A stretch of DNA of 63,887 nucleotides, the filler included, from Octopus bimaculoides (lineage: Eukaryota), in assembly GCF_001194135.2 (NCBI RefSeq). It is 8 parts of 6 records of this genome, joined end to end, with 100 filler letters (N's around TTAATTAATTAA, not from the genome) between each part and the next. Parts side by side here need not be neighbours in the genome. Positions count along the whole stretch, not along the records: positions 1 to 12,041 come from NC_068997.1; positions 12,142 to 27,288 come from NC_068982.1; 6 more parts are not named here. One strand, 5' to 3'. This document shows, piece by piece, positions 1 through 12,281 of this stretch (the first letter of the stretch is position 1; each line of letters starts with the position of its first letter). A model generated the notes under the pieces. It was not told the DNA's origin. It was given only the letters and a program-made list of their open reading frames with translations, and made no database searches. Made by a program: the position numbers and the translations under genes.

Positions 1-257
1 TTGTTGTTGTTATTATAATCGTTGTTGCTGGTGGTGGTGGTGGTGCTGCTGCTGCTGTTGTTGTTGTTGATTCGCAGGCTCGGCAAACGAATCTAGATCG
101 TCAGACTTCGACTGCCTGATCCTGACGAGCGAGATTCCTCTAACAAGCCGACGAGACTTTCACTTTTATGAAGACGAATCAAACTGTTATTAAATAATAT
201 ATGTAACTCCTACGAAATGTATTGAGTGCCACTTTATTTTGTTTGTCCACTCACTCG

Positions 258-295
<38 letters not shown>

Positions 296-728
296 CGCAC
301 ACATACATGTAGAATTTCGTGTAAATTCTAGTTGACCAAAAGCTTCATTAAAAATCGCAGATATTAAAGCTTTATACAGATTGTGTAAGAAGACAATGGT
401 ATCATAATTCACGGTAGTCTTTAAAAGAAAACTTCAGTGAAGTCGTTGACTTCAAAAATTTTCAGCTCAGTAACAAATTTGTGTAAAAATATTGAAGTTA
501 TTTTCATAATTAGAAGAAGAAACAGAAATTCAAGGAGAGAAAACGGAGCGTGTAAAACACAGGAATAGAACCTCTTCGCACTGAACGACATGAAATTCAT
601 ACACGTGAAATTGAGTAAGGTGTCGTTTAGATCGGAGACTATCAATCATAAAACTGTAGAAAATGATGTTCTCTATGTAGAGAAACACAGTCTAACGAAC
701 TAAAGATTACATCAGTATTTTACTGTAG

Positions 729-918
729 CGAAATGCTTAGCGATATTTCATCTGAGTTCAAATTCTACCGCCCTGAGTTCAAATTCCACCGAGGTCGCCT
801 TTAGCTTTCATCCTTTCGAGGTCGATAAATTAAGTATCAGCTGCGTACTGGGGTGGATCTTATCGACTAGACCCCTCCCCCAAAATTTCAGGCCTTATGC
901 CTAGAGTAGAAAAGAATA
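729..918 (+). mobile_element. tRNA-derived SINE, family A (5'-truncated), tail type 1
   Basis: B-box-like ctgagttcaaattcc (duplicated at ~752 and ~773), body gaggtcg..tttcatcctttcg.ggtcgataaattaagta, tail cccaaaatttcaggccttatgcctagagtagaaaagaat. Shared with about 20 other copies in the window. Confidence 0.85.
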
Positions 919-1443
919 TTTTACTGTGGCATGAACCCGAAATGACCCAAAAAAAAAAAATGGACTGATTGTCTCAGGAGGATCCCTTCTTCCTTTATGC
1001 CATATTAGAACCATTCACAATTTTTCAAGGAACAAACGTGTAACCGAGGACGATTCTTTGAGGACAAATTCAATGAAGATTGTTGAAGAGAAGCACCCGA
1101 TTTCCTGGAACCTGCAAACGGTGGAATTTTAGTAAAAACTGATGGACAATATTGCAAAGGCTTTGGATAAACCATCAAGAAGATTTGACACTCCAAATTA
1201 ACCACTTTTGAAGCAAGAACGTAGACTTCGAATTCTTTGTGAATATGATCGGGACATAAAGTATTACAATTTCAGGGATCTCTTCCTGTAGCTCATACAG
1301 AAAGTAGTAGTAGTAGTAGTGAGGGCTGTGGAGCAGTAGAAACAATAAACTACCGGACTGTATTTGTCAATGTCTTTTTACGCTGTTAGTTTAAATCCAA
1401 TCGGACTTCTTTGATTCTTTCGCACTTCAATAAAAAAAAGTAC

Positions 1444-1653
1444 ATTTCTACTCTAGGCACAAGTCCCGAAATTTGGCAGGAAGGGGCCAGTCGATTAGAT
1501 CGACCACAGTACGCAACTGGCACTTAATTTATCGACCCCGAAAGGATGAAAGGCAAAGTTGACCTCGGCGTAATTTGAACTCAGAACGTAAGACAGGCGA
1601 AATACCGGTAATCATTTCACCCGGCGTGCTAACATTTCTGCCAGCTCACCACC
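1444..1653 (-). mobile_element. SINE family A, near full length, tail type 1
   Basis: Reverse complement starts ggtggtgagctggcagaaatgttagcacgccggg (A-box-like), then ttctgagttcaaatt (B-box-like), then the family A body and tail. Confidence 0.9.
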
Positions 1654-1792
1654 TCCATTAAAATAAGTACCAGGCGTATAATGTGGTCTATCAAATCCTC
1701 TCGGTACTCTGTTAAAGTACGTAAAATTGCGTTGCAGTGGTATAAGTGGTGGCGCGTTGAATTAATTCCTTTAGCATATTTAGCATCGGTTC

Positions 1793-1855
1793 GCTGTTTC
1801 ATATCAAATCTCTTCTCTGTTTCATATCAAATCTCTTCTCTGTTTTAATATCAAA
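1793..1855. repeat. 23-bp tandem repeat, about 2.5 copies
   Basis: Unit tttcatatcaaatctcttctctg. Confidence 0.85.
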
Positions 1856-2091
1856 ATTGGAACTGACCTAATTTTATAAAACTTTATAAAACTTTATAAG
1901 GCTGATACTAAGAATTATTACTACACAGGGGTTCATTTAACTGGCTCTTGTTCCGACTATCCAACTACAAATAAATGACTTTTATTCTAATCCAAAATAA
2001 GATAAACTGATGCACAGACCAACAATGATGCTCTCTCGACTCTGTTATTGTCGAACTGACAACATACTAAGATATTATTAAAAGTGTGGAG

Positions 2092-2395
2092 GGAAGGCGC
2101 GTGGCTTAGTGGTTAGTACAAGGTCGTGAGTTCAATTCGCGGCGGCGCGTTATGTCCTTGAGCAAGACTATTTATTTCATGTTGCTCCAGTCCACTCAGC
2201 TGGCAAAAATGAGTAGTATCTGTATTTCAAAGAGCCAACCTTGAAACACACTGTATCACGCTGAATCTCCCTGAGAACTACGTTAAGGGTACATGTGTTT
2301 GTGAAGTGCTCAGCAACTTGCACGTTAATTTCATAAACAGCCTGTTCTGTTGATCAGATCAATTGGAACCCTTGTCGTAACCAACGTAAGGCCAG
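2092..2395 (+). mobile_element. tRNA-derived CORE-type SINE, family B, tail B1
   Basis: Head ggcgcgtggcttagtggttag...gagttcaattc; CORE-like tgtccttgagcaagactatttatttcatgttgctccagtccactcagctggcaaaaatgagta; tail gagaactacgttaagggtac...gatcagatcaattggaaccct, shared with copies at 36969 and 48477. Confidence 0.85.
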
Positions 2396-3249
2396 TTTTA
2401 GTTCATAAGAGTGGAGTACGAAATAATATATTAAATGTCTTATACCAGGTCAATCGACAGCACAGAAACCATAGTCACATCAAATGTCTTGTTTTTATCT
2501 CTTCGTCAAGATGAAAAGATACACATGGTACTGTGTTACCTCAAGTCAAAGACCTGATCTGAATGTTTGCAGAAGAGTGCACTCTGCTAAATTTACCTCA
2601 AGGCCAGGTGGAGGTGTTTAAGCAAGCAACAGATTAAGTCTACAACACATACAAGCTACGATGAGATTTAACTTCAGAGTGCAAAGATAATACCGAGACC
2701 ACAAAGCAATTTGTTCAATGCACCAAAAACTCTATCATTTCGCTGCCAGTTCTTGTTTGTTTTGTTTTGTTTTTTTTACTTTTGATTATTTAATTATTAG
2801 TAACCAATGTAAGCAGATTATTCCCTTAAAACTGGAAATAAGAAAAGCTACATTTGAACTTGTTGTTTATTGACTTAAAGACAGAAAACTGATAATTTAC
2901 TATTTTTAACGGCCCCAAATGTACAATGCAAAACAAAAAAAAAATCATTAACATATCAACAGAGACATTTGTGAACTGAGCCGAAACATCCATCATTTCT
3001 TACTATAAAAGTAGTACACCAAAACTACTGTGTTTGATTTTAAAATAAATCTCCTTTGTCTTTTCTGCATATATCTAAGAAGCAACAGAATATTTGCAAT
3101 CGATATGTAGACGCGTCGAGTAAATATCTATTTTGGCTTATTTGTTCACGTATATTTATGTCAGTAACTAGTAATATGCAATTTACTCCAACGCCTAAAT
3201 TGTTTTAAAATTTGGTGCCGTCATTCATGGTAAAAAGATATTCTGACTA

Positions 3250-4350
3250 TAACCAATGATCGTATCCACAATGGCTTTAATAAATCTTTTCTCCCACTAA
3301 TCTTTAAAGATTCTAACCTATTTTTATGTTGATGGTTTTACAGCTTTGCTGCAGGGTCTGCTTTCGCATCCATAATATAGCGTTAAATTCCACAAAGAAA
3401 TTCTTCGAATCTTGTCGTCCACTTTCTCACTCCTGTGATATATGACCTTTCTGTAGCACTAACCAAATAACTTGAGAAAGTCTTCAAGCAGAACAATGTA
3501 AATCACGCGACGCAGTTACATCTCCAGAGACTTTTTTTCTCCTCCTTCTCAGCGCCAAAATGTTCCAGATATAACAATACTTTTTCCTTTCTTTCTTTAT
3601 CTGAATATTTCTTAATGTTCTCTCCCGGCCAAATAATCACTACTTTGTCGTAAATACTATATAGAATAACATCATACATGGAAATCAATTCAACCTTACT
3701 TTTGTTTAAAATCAACGTTACTAATAATACTGCTTGTTGAATGAAGGTTCAGAATTCACCTTTTCCCAACTATTCAACCTTGCCTTGGGGAAATTCTGCT
3801 TTCCGATATTCTGTATATAAAGTATTTCTGACCCATCCAATTATTGTCTGGTTCCCTGCAGCATTTTCAAAGTCTTACAGTTGATCGATGATAAACAGAA
3901 CCACTACTTAGCTTGGTCACTCCAAATATAGTCCTTTACGATAGAAATTGACTACATGGCTTGTCAAAGCTAATCAGAATGTTTTCCTCTCCATCGTATC
4001 AAATTTAGTTATATCTGCTTCCTCCTGGCTGTTATCAATGATGGGTGGACTTAGTCAACCACTTCTTTTCTGAACTACATTTAGTTAGACGTTGAGGTCA
4101 AGTAGATGGACACGTTTGGATATTTCCAGTTGCCATGGTGATAATCACTTCAGTATTTGGCATCAGGTGTTATGATATGACTGCTTAATTGAAGTGAGCG
4201 ACCGTAGTTGATCACAGCACATAACTGAAGACACTCAGTTATTCTGGAGTTACAAAACTCACCTCTAGGCTCTGCGCTTCCAATAATCCAACTAACAAAT
4301 ATCAACGACCATAGATCACAGCAGAAATATTCTTTATCAATGTTGCCATT
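3250..4350 (-). pseudogene. Degenerate RTE-clade LINE reverse transcriptase fragment
   Basis: Frameshifted minus-strand motifs occur in RT order: DFENA (DFEKAFD), PRQG*I (VRQGC), SEPSFN (SPxLFN), ELISMYDVIL (LRYADD), EKVLLYL (VxxFxYLG), DKIRRISLWNLTLYYGCES (LLYGCESW). The 3' end is better supported than the 5' boundary. Confidence 0.65.
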
Positions 4351-6279
4351 CAAGGATTCGATCAATTGATCTGGCTCATCCTGTGTATCATTAAATACTT
4401 CTATCTTCTATTTATCCCTTTTTCCCTTCTACTTTCATCTTACATTTTCCTCTGTGGTTTCATACCTGTCTACCTCCTTTCTCATCTTGGATATTCCTCC
4501 GGTTATTTTTATTCATTTATTTATTGTTATCTTTTCATATCGCTGTTTTATAGCATTTCTTTCTATTTTTCATTATGTATTTATCAATGTTTATACATAT
4601 GGAAATACATATAGGCATGCATACATAAAACACACATCTATTTATATATGTAAGTGTTCATGCTTATGCATATGTGCACGATGTTATGTTTACTTGTATA
4701 AACGTGTTCGTATATGTTCACTCAACATTCATGCATATGCAAACTCACTCACTCACACATATCAGTCCAGGTGCATGAAATAATTTTGAATACTAGAAAG
4801 CCTTCAGTGTGATGGGAAATAATAAGAATGTAGATACATTCCTTCTGTGTTTTATACATGTGGAAGGAAAGAAGTATAACTCCTATCGGACCAGTCTGTA
4901 GTTTTTTATTGACTGCTCGTCAGAGGAGACATACTCGGTTCCTTCTCAATTCAATAATATAGAACAACCAGATTCTAAATAAAACCGTCAGGAATAAAGC
5001 TATTATAGTAGCAAATGGTTTATTTATATAATTGTGAATTTATTAAACAATTTATATTTTATGCGCAACACAGTGTGAATTAAAAAGATGTCGCCTGAAC
5101 GATCGTTCATCGCCAGGAACCCTGAGTTAAATCGGAGCCAATCATGAGCTTTTATTACATATATATAGTGAGTCGACTCACTATATACAGCGAGTAACAT
5201 TTCTCTAGTCTGAAACCAGCCCCACACATGCACGCACTCAAATCTATGTATATAAACATGTGTGTACGTATGTATATGCGTGAGTATGTAAATTTAGAGT
5301 TGACTTGGATAATTAAGACGAAAAAAAATGAGACAGAAATCGCTCGTATGGTCGAATTCCAAATTGTGTATCATCTTAAACTTGTTGGTATTTTGAGCAA
5401 TTACGTTACAAATCATCTACAATTTCCAGTCAGACGACTATAAATTTTAAGTCGACATATTTAAAATAACACCACAGAATTCTAAAGTATTCGCTGAATT
5501 GAGTACTTCAAATGTTAATCAAAATATACCAATACATATTAATTAAAATGCATATATTCCATACGTTTTAAGTAATCAATATACTTGTAGTGTAGCTAAT
5601 TGGAATTTTCCTGTACAGTCATTAAAAGATTATTGATATTATTTTAAAGACATTTTCTTTTCTGTTTAAGGCCTATCAGAATAGAGAGATTTTTCATTTT
5701 GCTTTCACTTTAAATTTGTTAGTTGGTAAGATGATTGGTGGACAACAGAACTGTAATAAACAGTGTGTGTAACCGAGAGACTTTATGCTCAGAGTTCAAA
5801 TCCCATCGAGTTTGACTACGCCTTTCTGTCTTCCGTAGATAAGTACTGGCACACCGCTTTCCTTATTCCAGCATCTGTACCATTATGCCTATGTCAAGAA
5901 ACAGTATTATAAAAGAATGGAAATGGTGCAGATAATTCAGGACAGGGAACTTGCCATCTTTTCGTTGGATATCTGGAAACTCTTTGCCTGTGATATCACT
6001 GTATGCCAATAACACCCACCTCGGCGTGGAAACGAACAGAGAGGAAGTTTTGGATTAAGGAGAGAGTGGAAATCTACATCCAGATTAAACCGGATAAGGT
6101 AGAAAAGATTCCAGACCTCATCAACTTCTTCAGAAGAGGGGATCAGTGTGTTGTGGTTGGTGGTGGGGGAGTCCTAATGACACATGAGTCGTGCTAAAGG
6201 TAACTGAAGTAGTGTCGGTTCTCACTAAAATAAGGAAGATGTCCCGCTACAGCCGACTCAACTCCGACAACACCAGCGT

Positions 6280-6500
6280 ACAACAGTAACAGCAGCGGCA
6301 GTAGCAGCAGCAGCACTAAGAAGAACAAGAAAAACAGCAGTAACACGAACACCAACAACAGTAGCAACTGCAGCAGCAAGACAAATGACTGCAGTTGCAG
6401 CTATGACAAGAATTAGGGCAGCTGTACCAACACCAGCAGCAACAGCAGAACAAACAAGAGCAACAATGACACTAACAACAGCAGAACCCAAACCTGCCAT
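6280..6500. repeat. Degenerate CAG/CAA triplet low-complexity tract
   Basis: Mosaic of cagcag/caacaa; the overlapping ORFs are Ala/Val/Leu low-complexity. Confidence 0.75.
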
Positions 6501-6703
6501 CCACGAGAAAAGACCCTTAATTCCCTGTCGCTGAGTTTTCTTTTCTATCCCTTCTTTCAAACACAAACGCAAATATGGACACATACGGAGACATATTTAC
6601 CCTAACCAGGATCTTTTCGACATGGAAATCTCATCTTGCGAGGAGGATCAACAAAGAAAGTAGTTTTAAATAATTTTTTTTAATAATAATTTTTTAAATT
6701 ACA

Positions 6704-6704
<1 letters not shown>

Positions 6705-6785
<81 letters not shown>
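6705..6785. repeat. (CT)n microsatellite
   Basis: Direct reading. Confidence 0.95.
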
Positions 6786-6786
<1 letters not shown>

Positions 6787-7264
6787 ATTGAACTACACAA
6801 TCCCGACCAAAACAACACTCACACCGAAAACTGGTAACTCCACAACTTTGCTTCCACCAGCATCTTCATCCACCCAAACCAAAAGAAAATACACACAGCA
6901 TCAACCGACAAACAGATAAACTAAGAATATCGACAAAACATACTCACCCTAAATTTTGGGCGAAGGAGCACGAATCAAAAACTGATGTCCTTTATTGCAC
7001 AAACAGAAAATATTGAAACAGTGGGTGAGGTCTTCAGGAACAGGACTTTTCTGAAAAAGGCTTAACGAATTAAGGCTGAACTTGGAAACGTTCCAAACAA
7101 TGACATGGGAATCTCTAGAGAAAGGGCTGGTATTAAGCTCCTAATATACTTCCGAAATGAACCTCACATTTTCATAGTGTTCGAAACATGCTGTTAATGG
7201 GAACCAACAAATGGGTGAGTACCTCGTTGTTTATCTCCTTCTACCATCATAGCAGCTAGGGAGT

Positions 7265-8875
7265 GGAGTGTATAAATGCACATGACCTGGCTTCACTCTG
7301 CAGGCAAGCTCAGTTGCTCAGTGATCTCATGTTGCCATGTTGAGATGTTGTGGAGCTGCACTTTTGCGGAGACCTGAACCTCGAGCTACAGTCGGTTTTC
7401 CTGGACCCGGACCGTAAGCTGTTGGTTCTGGACTTGAACAGTAGCGAAGATGGTGCCTTTAGACTTGTTACTGCATATTTCCGGATGGGTTGGCCAGATT
7501 TCTTGAGGTAACTGGAGATTTTCGTGGAAACGTTCCGCTCTTTAATGTTTGTAGGCTATTAGAATGCCTTCTTGGATTCGCGTCATGATTGTGTGGGGCT
7601 AACTGATCGGAGAGTGAAGTGTAAAAGCCGCGCAAGCCTACTCAGTTGTTTTGCAACTGTTTGATGAGTACTGACTGCATTTCCCGAATGCACCTACGTG
7701 GACATGGGCAAAGAGTATCGGTCATTCAGATCGTATGTAGATAGATTGCTGTGTTGACCAGGAGATAGGAATAGCAGCACAAACGACAAAGTGGCCGGCA
7801 ACGTAGACCACAAGTTCGAGACAAAGATAGGCTGCACAGACAGGAACCCAATTAAAGGAAACTGAACACATCTTTCCCAGCGTGCCAAGCTTACAAAGAA
7901 CGGGTTAGAGAACAAGTTAAGAGGTTGTCGACGGTGGCAATAATGATATAGAAGCGAAAATGTAGCGAAAGAGCAGGAAAGACACTGCAACTAACGTGTT
8001 TAGTGGAAAGATTGGCTCTTACTAATTCAACGCTAGGCACGAAAACAGTTATTGAGGTGCTGTTGAAAACAGACCCCAACACTAGAGATTATCTTAGCAA
8101 CTATAGGTTCGTAACTCAAGTTCCTAAATATAGTTGAAGATTTTGGCCAGGGTATTAGCTAAGAGGCTGGTGCTAGATGTTTATGCCCTTTTAGGTGGAA
8201 CACAGACGTATACAATACCAAACAGATCTATCCTCGTCAACCTCACGCGACTCATCTTAGAAATGGTGGGTAAGGAACCTGAAATGGGTCGTAACCTGAT
8301 CGTTTTTAAGCAGTCTGAAAGCTTTTGATTGAATCGAACATCAATACTTAGCGACTGTCCCAAACGCAGCTGGTTTCAGACAAGTTTTTAGAAGCTGGAT
8401 CGCTGCAATGTAGTGACTTTTGCTGGTTGATCAGAGTGAATAGCAACATGTCGTTACCGTCAAGTATAATGCGTTCGATACGTCAAATATGTTCCATTCT
8501 ACCCTTCTTAACGTACTGACTGTAGAGCCTCCATGGCAGAAGTTGCGGGTTTCGAAAGGCATCTGGTGAACACTAGAATGCGGGTGATCCGGGTTTGCGG
8601 ACGACGTTACTGTAATACTGTCGAGAAGTAAACACACCAAGGTGATCGACATTACTCTAAGGAAATACGAGGTGGTGACCGGAGCAAATATTAGTCAGAA
8701 GTGGTTAGGCTTTCAGCTTGGCACCTAGACAGGCAGGTTCATACCATCCAGCAGCGATATGGATCACTGGACTGATGGACCAATTAAATTGTTCGGATGG
8801 ATTAATTAAATTGTTCGGTGTTTGGTTTGGATCAGGCGGAGAAGAACTGGGAAGAACTGGGGTGGTTAGTCTCAC
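7265..8875 (+). pseudogene. Degenerate L1/Tx1-clade LINE ORF2 (APE endonuclease + RT), internally deleted
   Basis: Endonuclease motifs: INAHDL..QAQLLSDL, DPDRKLLVLDLN..FRLVTAY, FVGY*NA (GDWNA), FPNAPTWTW, RSYVDR, VDHK. RT motifs: KILARVLAKRL, QSKAFD*IEHQYL, RSIRQ.C, FADDVTVIL, YEVVTGANI, WTDGPIKLFG/VWFG. Many stops and frameshifts. Confidence 0.85.
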
Positions 8876-8904
8876 CCGAGAAAATAAAATATAGCATCAG
8901 TCAA

Positions 8905-9026
8905 ATACTAGAGCTGATGTAATCGACTTAACTCCTCCTCTGAAAATTGCTGGCCTTGAGTCAAAATTTGCAAACATCAGTAGTAGTAGTAGTAGTGGTG
9001 GTGGTGGTGGTGGTGGTGGTGGTGGT

Positions 9027-9057
<31 letters not shown>

Positions 9058-9080
9058 ATGCTGGTGGCAGCAGCAGCAGT
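8905..9080 (+). repeat. SINE A 3' fragment followed by an AGT/GGT/GCT/GAT triplet mosaic
   Basis: gatgtaatcgacttaactcctcc..aaaattgctggccttg, then successive triplet runs at ~8978-9080. Confidence 0.7.
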
Positions 9081-9316
9081 GTTAAGATGATGGGTGATGA
9101 AATCGGTGGTTTATTAAAATGCAATGCAGTTTTTTGTTATGTTTCCCTTATTTCTGAAATTTTGCCGAAGACAATTTACTGTTTCATTAGTCATAAATTA
9201 GTAAAAACAAGGATCATTAAAATGGAGGTATTGATCTAATCGACTCTATCCAGTGGAATTATGAGTATCTATGTTTTACAGATGATTCTTAACTTTGTTA
9301 TGTTTATGGATATTAA

Positions 9317-9515
9317 AGCGGTGACCTGGCGGAGTTGTTAACGCGCTAGGCAAAATGTTTAGTGGCATCGCGTCTGTCTTTACACTGTAGGTTTGTCTTC
9401 ACTTTTCATCCTTTCGAGGTCGATAAAATAACTACCAGTTAAGCACTAAGGTCGGTTCATTCGATTTACCCAGTCTCCCAAAATTGCTGGCCTTGGGCCG
9501 AAATTTGAAATCAAT
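9317..9515 (+). mobile_element. SINE family A, diverged, with an internal deletion
   Basis: gcggtgacctggcggagttgttaacgcgctaggc head; ttttcatcctttcgaggtcgataaaataa body; aaattgctggccttgggccgaaatttg tail. Confidence 0.8.
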
Positions 9516-12085
9516 ATTTATGAATACTGTTCAATTTTTAATGTATTTTCAGCAATGAAAATGTTCTTACACTTCTAAATTAACTAATCTGCACGCTGTA
9601 ACCTTCTTCTTATCAATAATTACATTTTCACACCCGTAATTTAAGAATAAAATTACTTTTGTAAAGCTGATTGAAAATAAACTTGAGAATTATAATAAAT
9701 CATTACAAAATGTAAAGCATTTTATTCTCGAAAACTATTGTTGATTTGCTTATTTGTAATGATTTCGTTCGGGTAAAAACTAAATGCTAAAAATCGTTAC
9801 AAAATCAACTTCCTTTACAGATAAATGACTTTAAGTTGTAATAATTAATCATAAAAGCTATATAATTACCCAGCAAAAGCATACCTTTGTAAGATTATCA
9901 AAAGAAACAATTCTGAAAGAAAGTGATAGAAATAAAGAGCAGCGCTTTTTAACAAATCCTTTTGTTTTATTGAGTTGCATTTGACAACTTCCAATGTCAT
10001 TGCTATTAGCTTTTGTTCCTCTACTAATTCGAAGTTTTGTGCCTTTTTTTGTTGTTGCTGTTGTTGTTGTTGTTGTTGTTGTTTCTTTTGTTTTTTTGTT
10101 TTTTTCTGCTGAATTTATTCATCAAAACTATCGGCTAAAATAAAAATAACGAACTCATTTATCAAAAATATATACTCTCATCATCACCAAAGTTACTAAC
10201 CTTTCGTAAATTTCCAAGAAGTAACATCGAAGTCAGTCACTGATCTTTCTCATCCACTATTGCTTCTTTGCTTTGTTAAACTGATGCTCTTTTCACAGAC
10301 CAGTTCAACGAACAAAATAAAAGATTCAATTTAATTAGATTATTTTTTATATTTTTCTAATCACGATTTCAAATTCGAAAATAACACTCATACAAAGCTT
10401 GGCTTGTAATGCAATAATAGGCTGATTGCTTCATACCGGAAGCGAATGTTTGTTTCACATCAATACAACGTTAACAAAAGCAGACTGTCATGACAAGAGG
10501 AAGGGGATATTTTATCTAATTTCAAATTAATTTTTTTTAACGTGACCAAGAGAGGAAGACGTCCCAAATTTGTAAATCCTCTTGCTGCTTTCAGATAGCA
10601 AACCTATGTAAATCGTACGCAGTTACAGAATGAAAACCATGTAGGCCCGAAGGTTAGATATTTCCGAGTAATGTATTCCTATTATATTCTATTGCTCACC
10701 CAACACACGACTGAAATACATCTTAAACACTTTATAGCAATATTAACAACAATTTTAATTTCTTAATACTTCTTGGATCACGCTTTGTGCCCTAGAGATA
10801 AAATAATGTACTAGAATAGTGTTTTATTACTTTAATATTCATTTAATGCTCTCAATTAGACAATAATGGCCCACTGAATATGAGATGAATTTTTATTAAT
10901 ATTTTATTTACATCTAATCTCCTTAATGTCAGGAGAATCAAAGCGGTTAAATTCTTCAGTATTTCTATACAGCTATTTGTAACTTGTGTTGCACCAGAAC
11001 AGATCTGACGTTCCGCTACACTAACTACTTTCATTCAAAGAACACGTCATTAAAAGTAAATCACTAGACTTTATAACTTAAAATGACCTCTGGTCATTAA
11101 CATCGACCTTCCACGAAGAGCCGGCCATAATCGAAACGCCACAACTCAATTCACCTTACGACACAGGGACTTAATCAATTACATCAACACTATTCAGTTC
11201 CTATTACTGGGGTATTATTCACTAGTTTAGTTGATAGTGTACTAGCTGTTTGCGCGATTGTGTGTGTATGTGTGTGTGTGAAAGAGAGTGAGAGAGAGAG
11301 AGAGAGTACTAGCTATGTGTGTTGTCATGTTGGTGCGTTTGTGTGTACTGTCAGAGAAAGAGGTAGACAGAGACAAAGACAGAGAAAGACTACTAGCCAC
11401 ATGTGTGTTATAATGGCGGTGATGAGGGTGGTGGTAAGGATGGTGGCGAAGATGGTGGTAGCGTGTGTGTGTGTGTGTGTGTGTGTGCATATCAGTATGA
11501 ACTGTGTGTTTGCAAGTTGCTTACTAATTAGTACCTAATTTGAAAAAATTATATTTATAATACACAACATTTATAAGATATTAACAAATACTATTATATT
11601 TATAAAGGCTATAGAATATAACCATTAACGACCAACATTAGTCTTTTTGTAGTTAGGTACAAAGGCCTCAACGTAACGAATCAATGAAAATGAGTTACTA
11701 TGGCATTCATGCCTTTCTCAGTAGCATTAATTAGCGCCGTGAAATTGAGTGAAGTGGCAACAGCCAGGAATCAACGGAAGACAAATTAATTATTATTCTG
11801 AAGTTCAAATATCTTCACACAAACACACATATACACACACGCGCGCGCACACATACACACGCACACACACACGCACACGCGCGCACATATACACACACAT
11901 GCAAACACACGCACACACGCGCGCACTGACACACACACATGTACATTATAACTCTGAATATCAAACACACGCGAGTCCAAACGCTGTGCGCCACACAGAT
12001 ACTAATTGTGCCTTACTCATTAACAAAAGGCACACACAAGCNNNNNNNNNNNNNNNNNNNNNNNNNNNNNNNNNNNNNNNNNNNN

Positions 12086-12097
12086 TTAATTAATTAA
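12086..12097. other. Assembly gap linker TTAATTAATTAA (six-frame stop) inside a 100-bp N gap
   Basis: Identical 44N-12bp-44N-type pattern at 12086, 27333, 36211, 42351, 48074, 59506 and 62618. Confidence 0.95.
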
Positions 12098-12141
12098 NNN
12101 NNNNNNNNNNNNNNNNNNNNNNNNNNNNNNNNNNNNNNNNN

Positions 12142-12195
<54 letters not shown>

Positions 12196-12281
12196 CACAC
12201 GCACGTATAAAGAGAAATCTTTGTGTGAATGTGTATGTGTTCGTACGCTCGAGTTTTCTTTTCTTTCTATATTATACGTAC

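Noticed and set aside
75-258. Possible mariner right end (..tttgtttgtccactcactcg|ta) and a mariner-like C-terminal hint near 1090-1160
   Set aside because: No matching left TIR in the window and too little coding signal.
5930-6200. ISLYANNT resembling the RT YADD motif
   Set aside because: Single short motif with no supporting neighbouring motifs.
6194-6584. Hydrophobic Ala/Val/Leu ORFs resembling membrane or signal peptides
   Set aside because: Translation of a degenerate CAG/CAA triplet tract.
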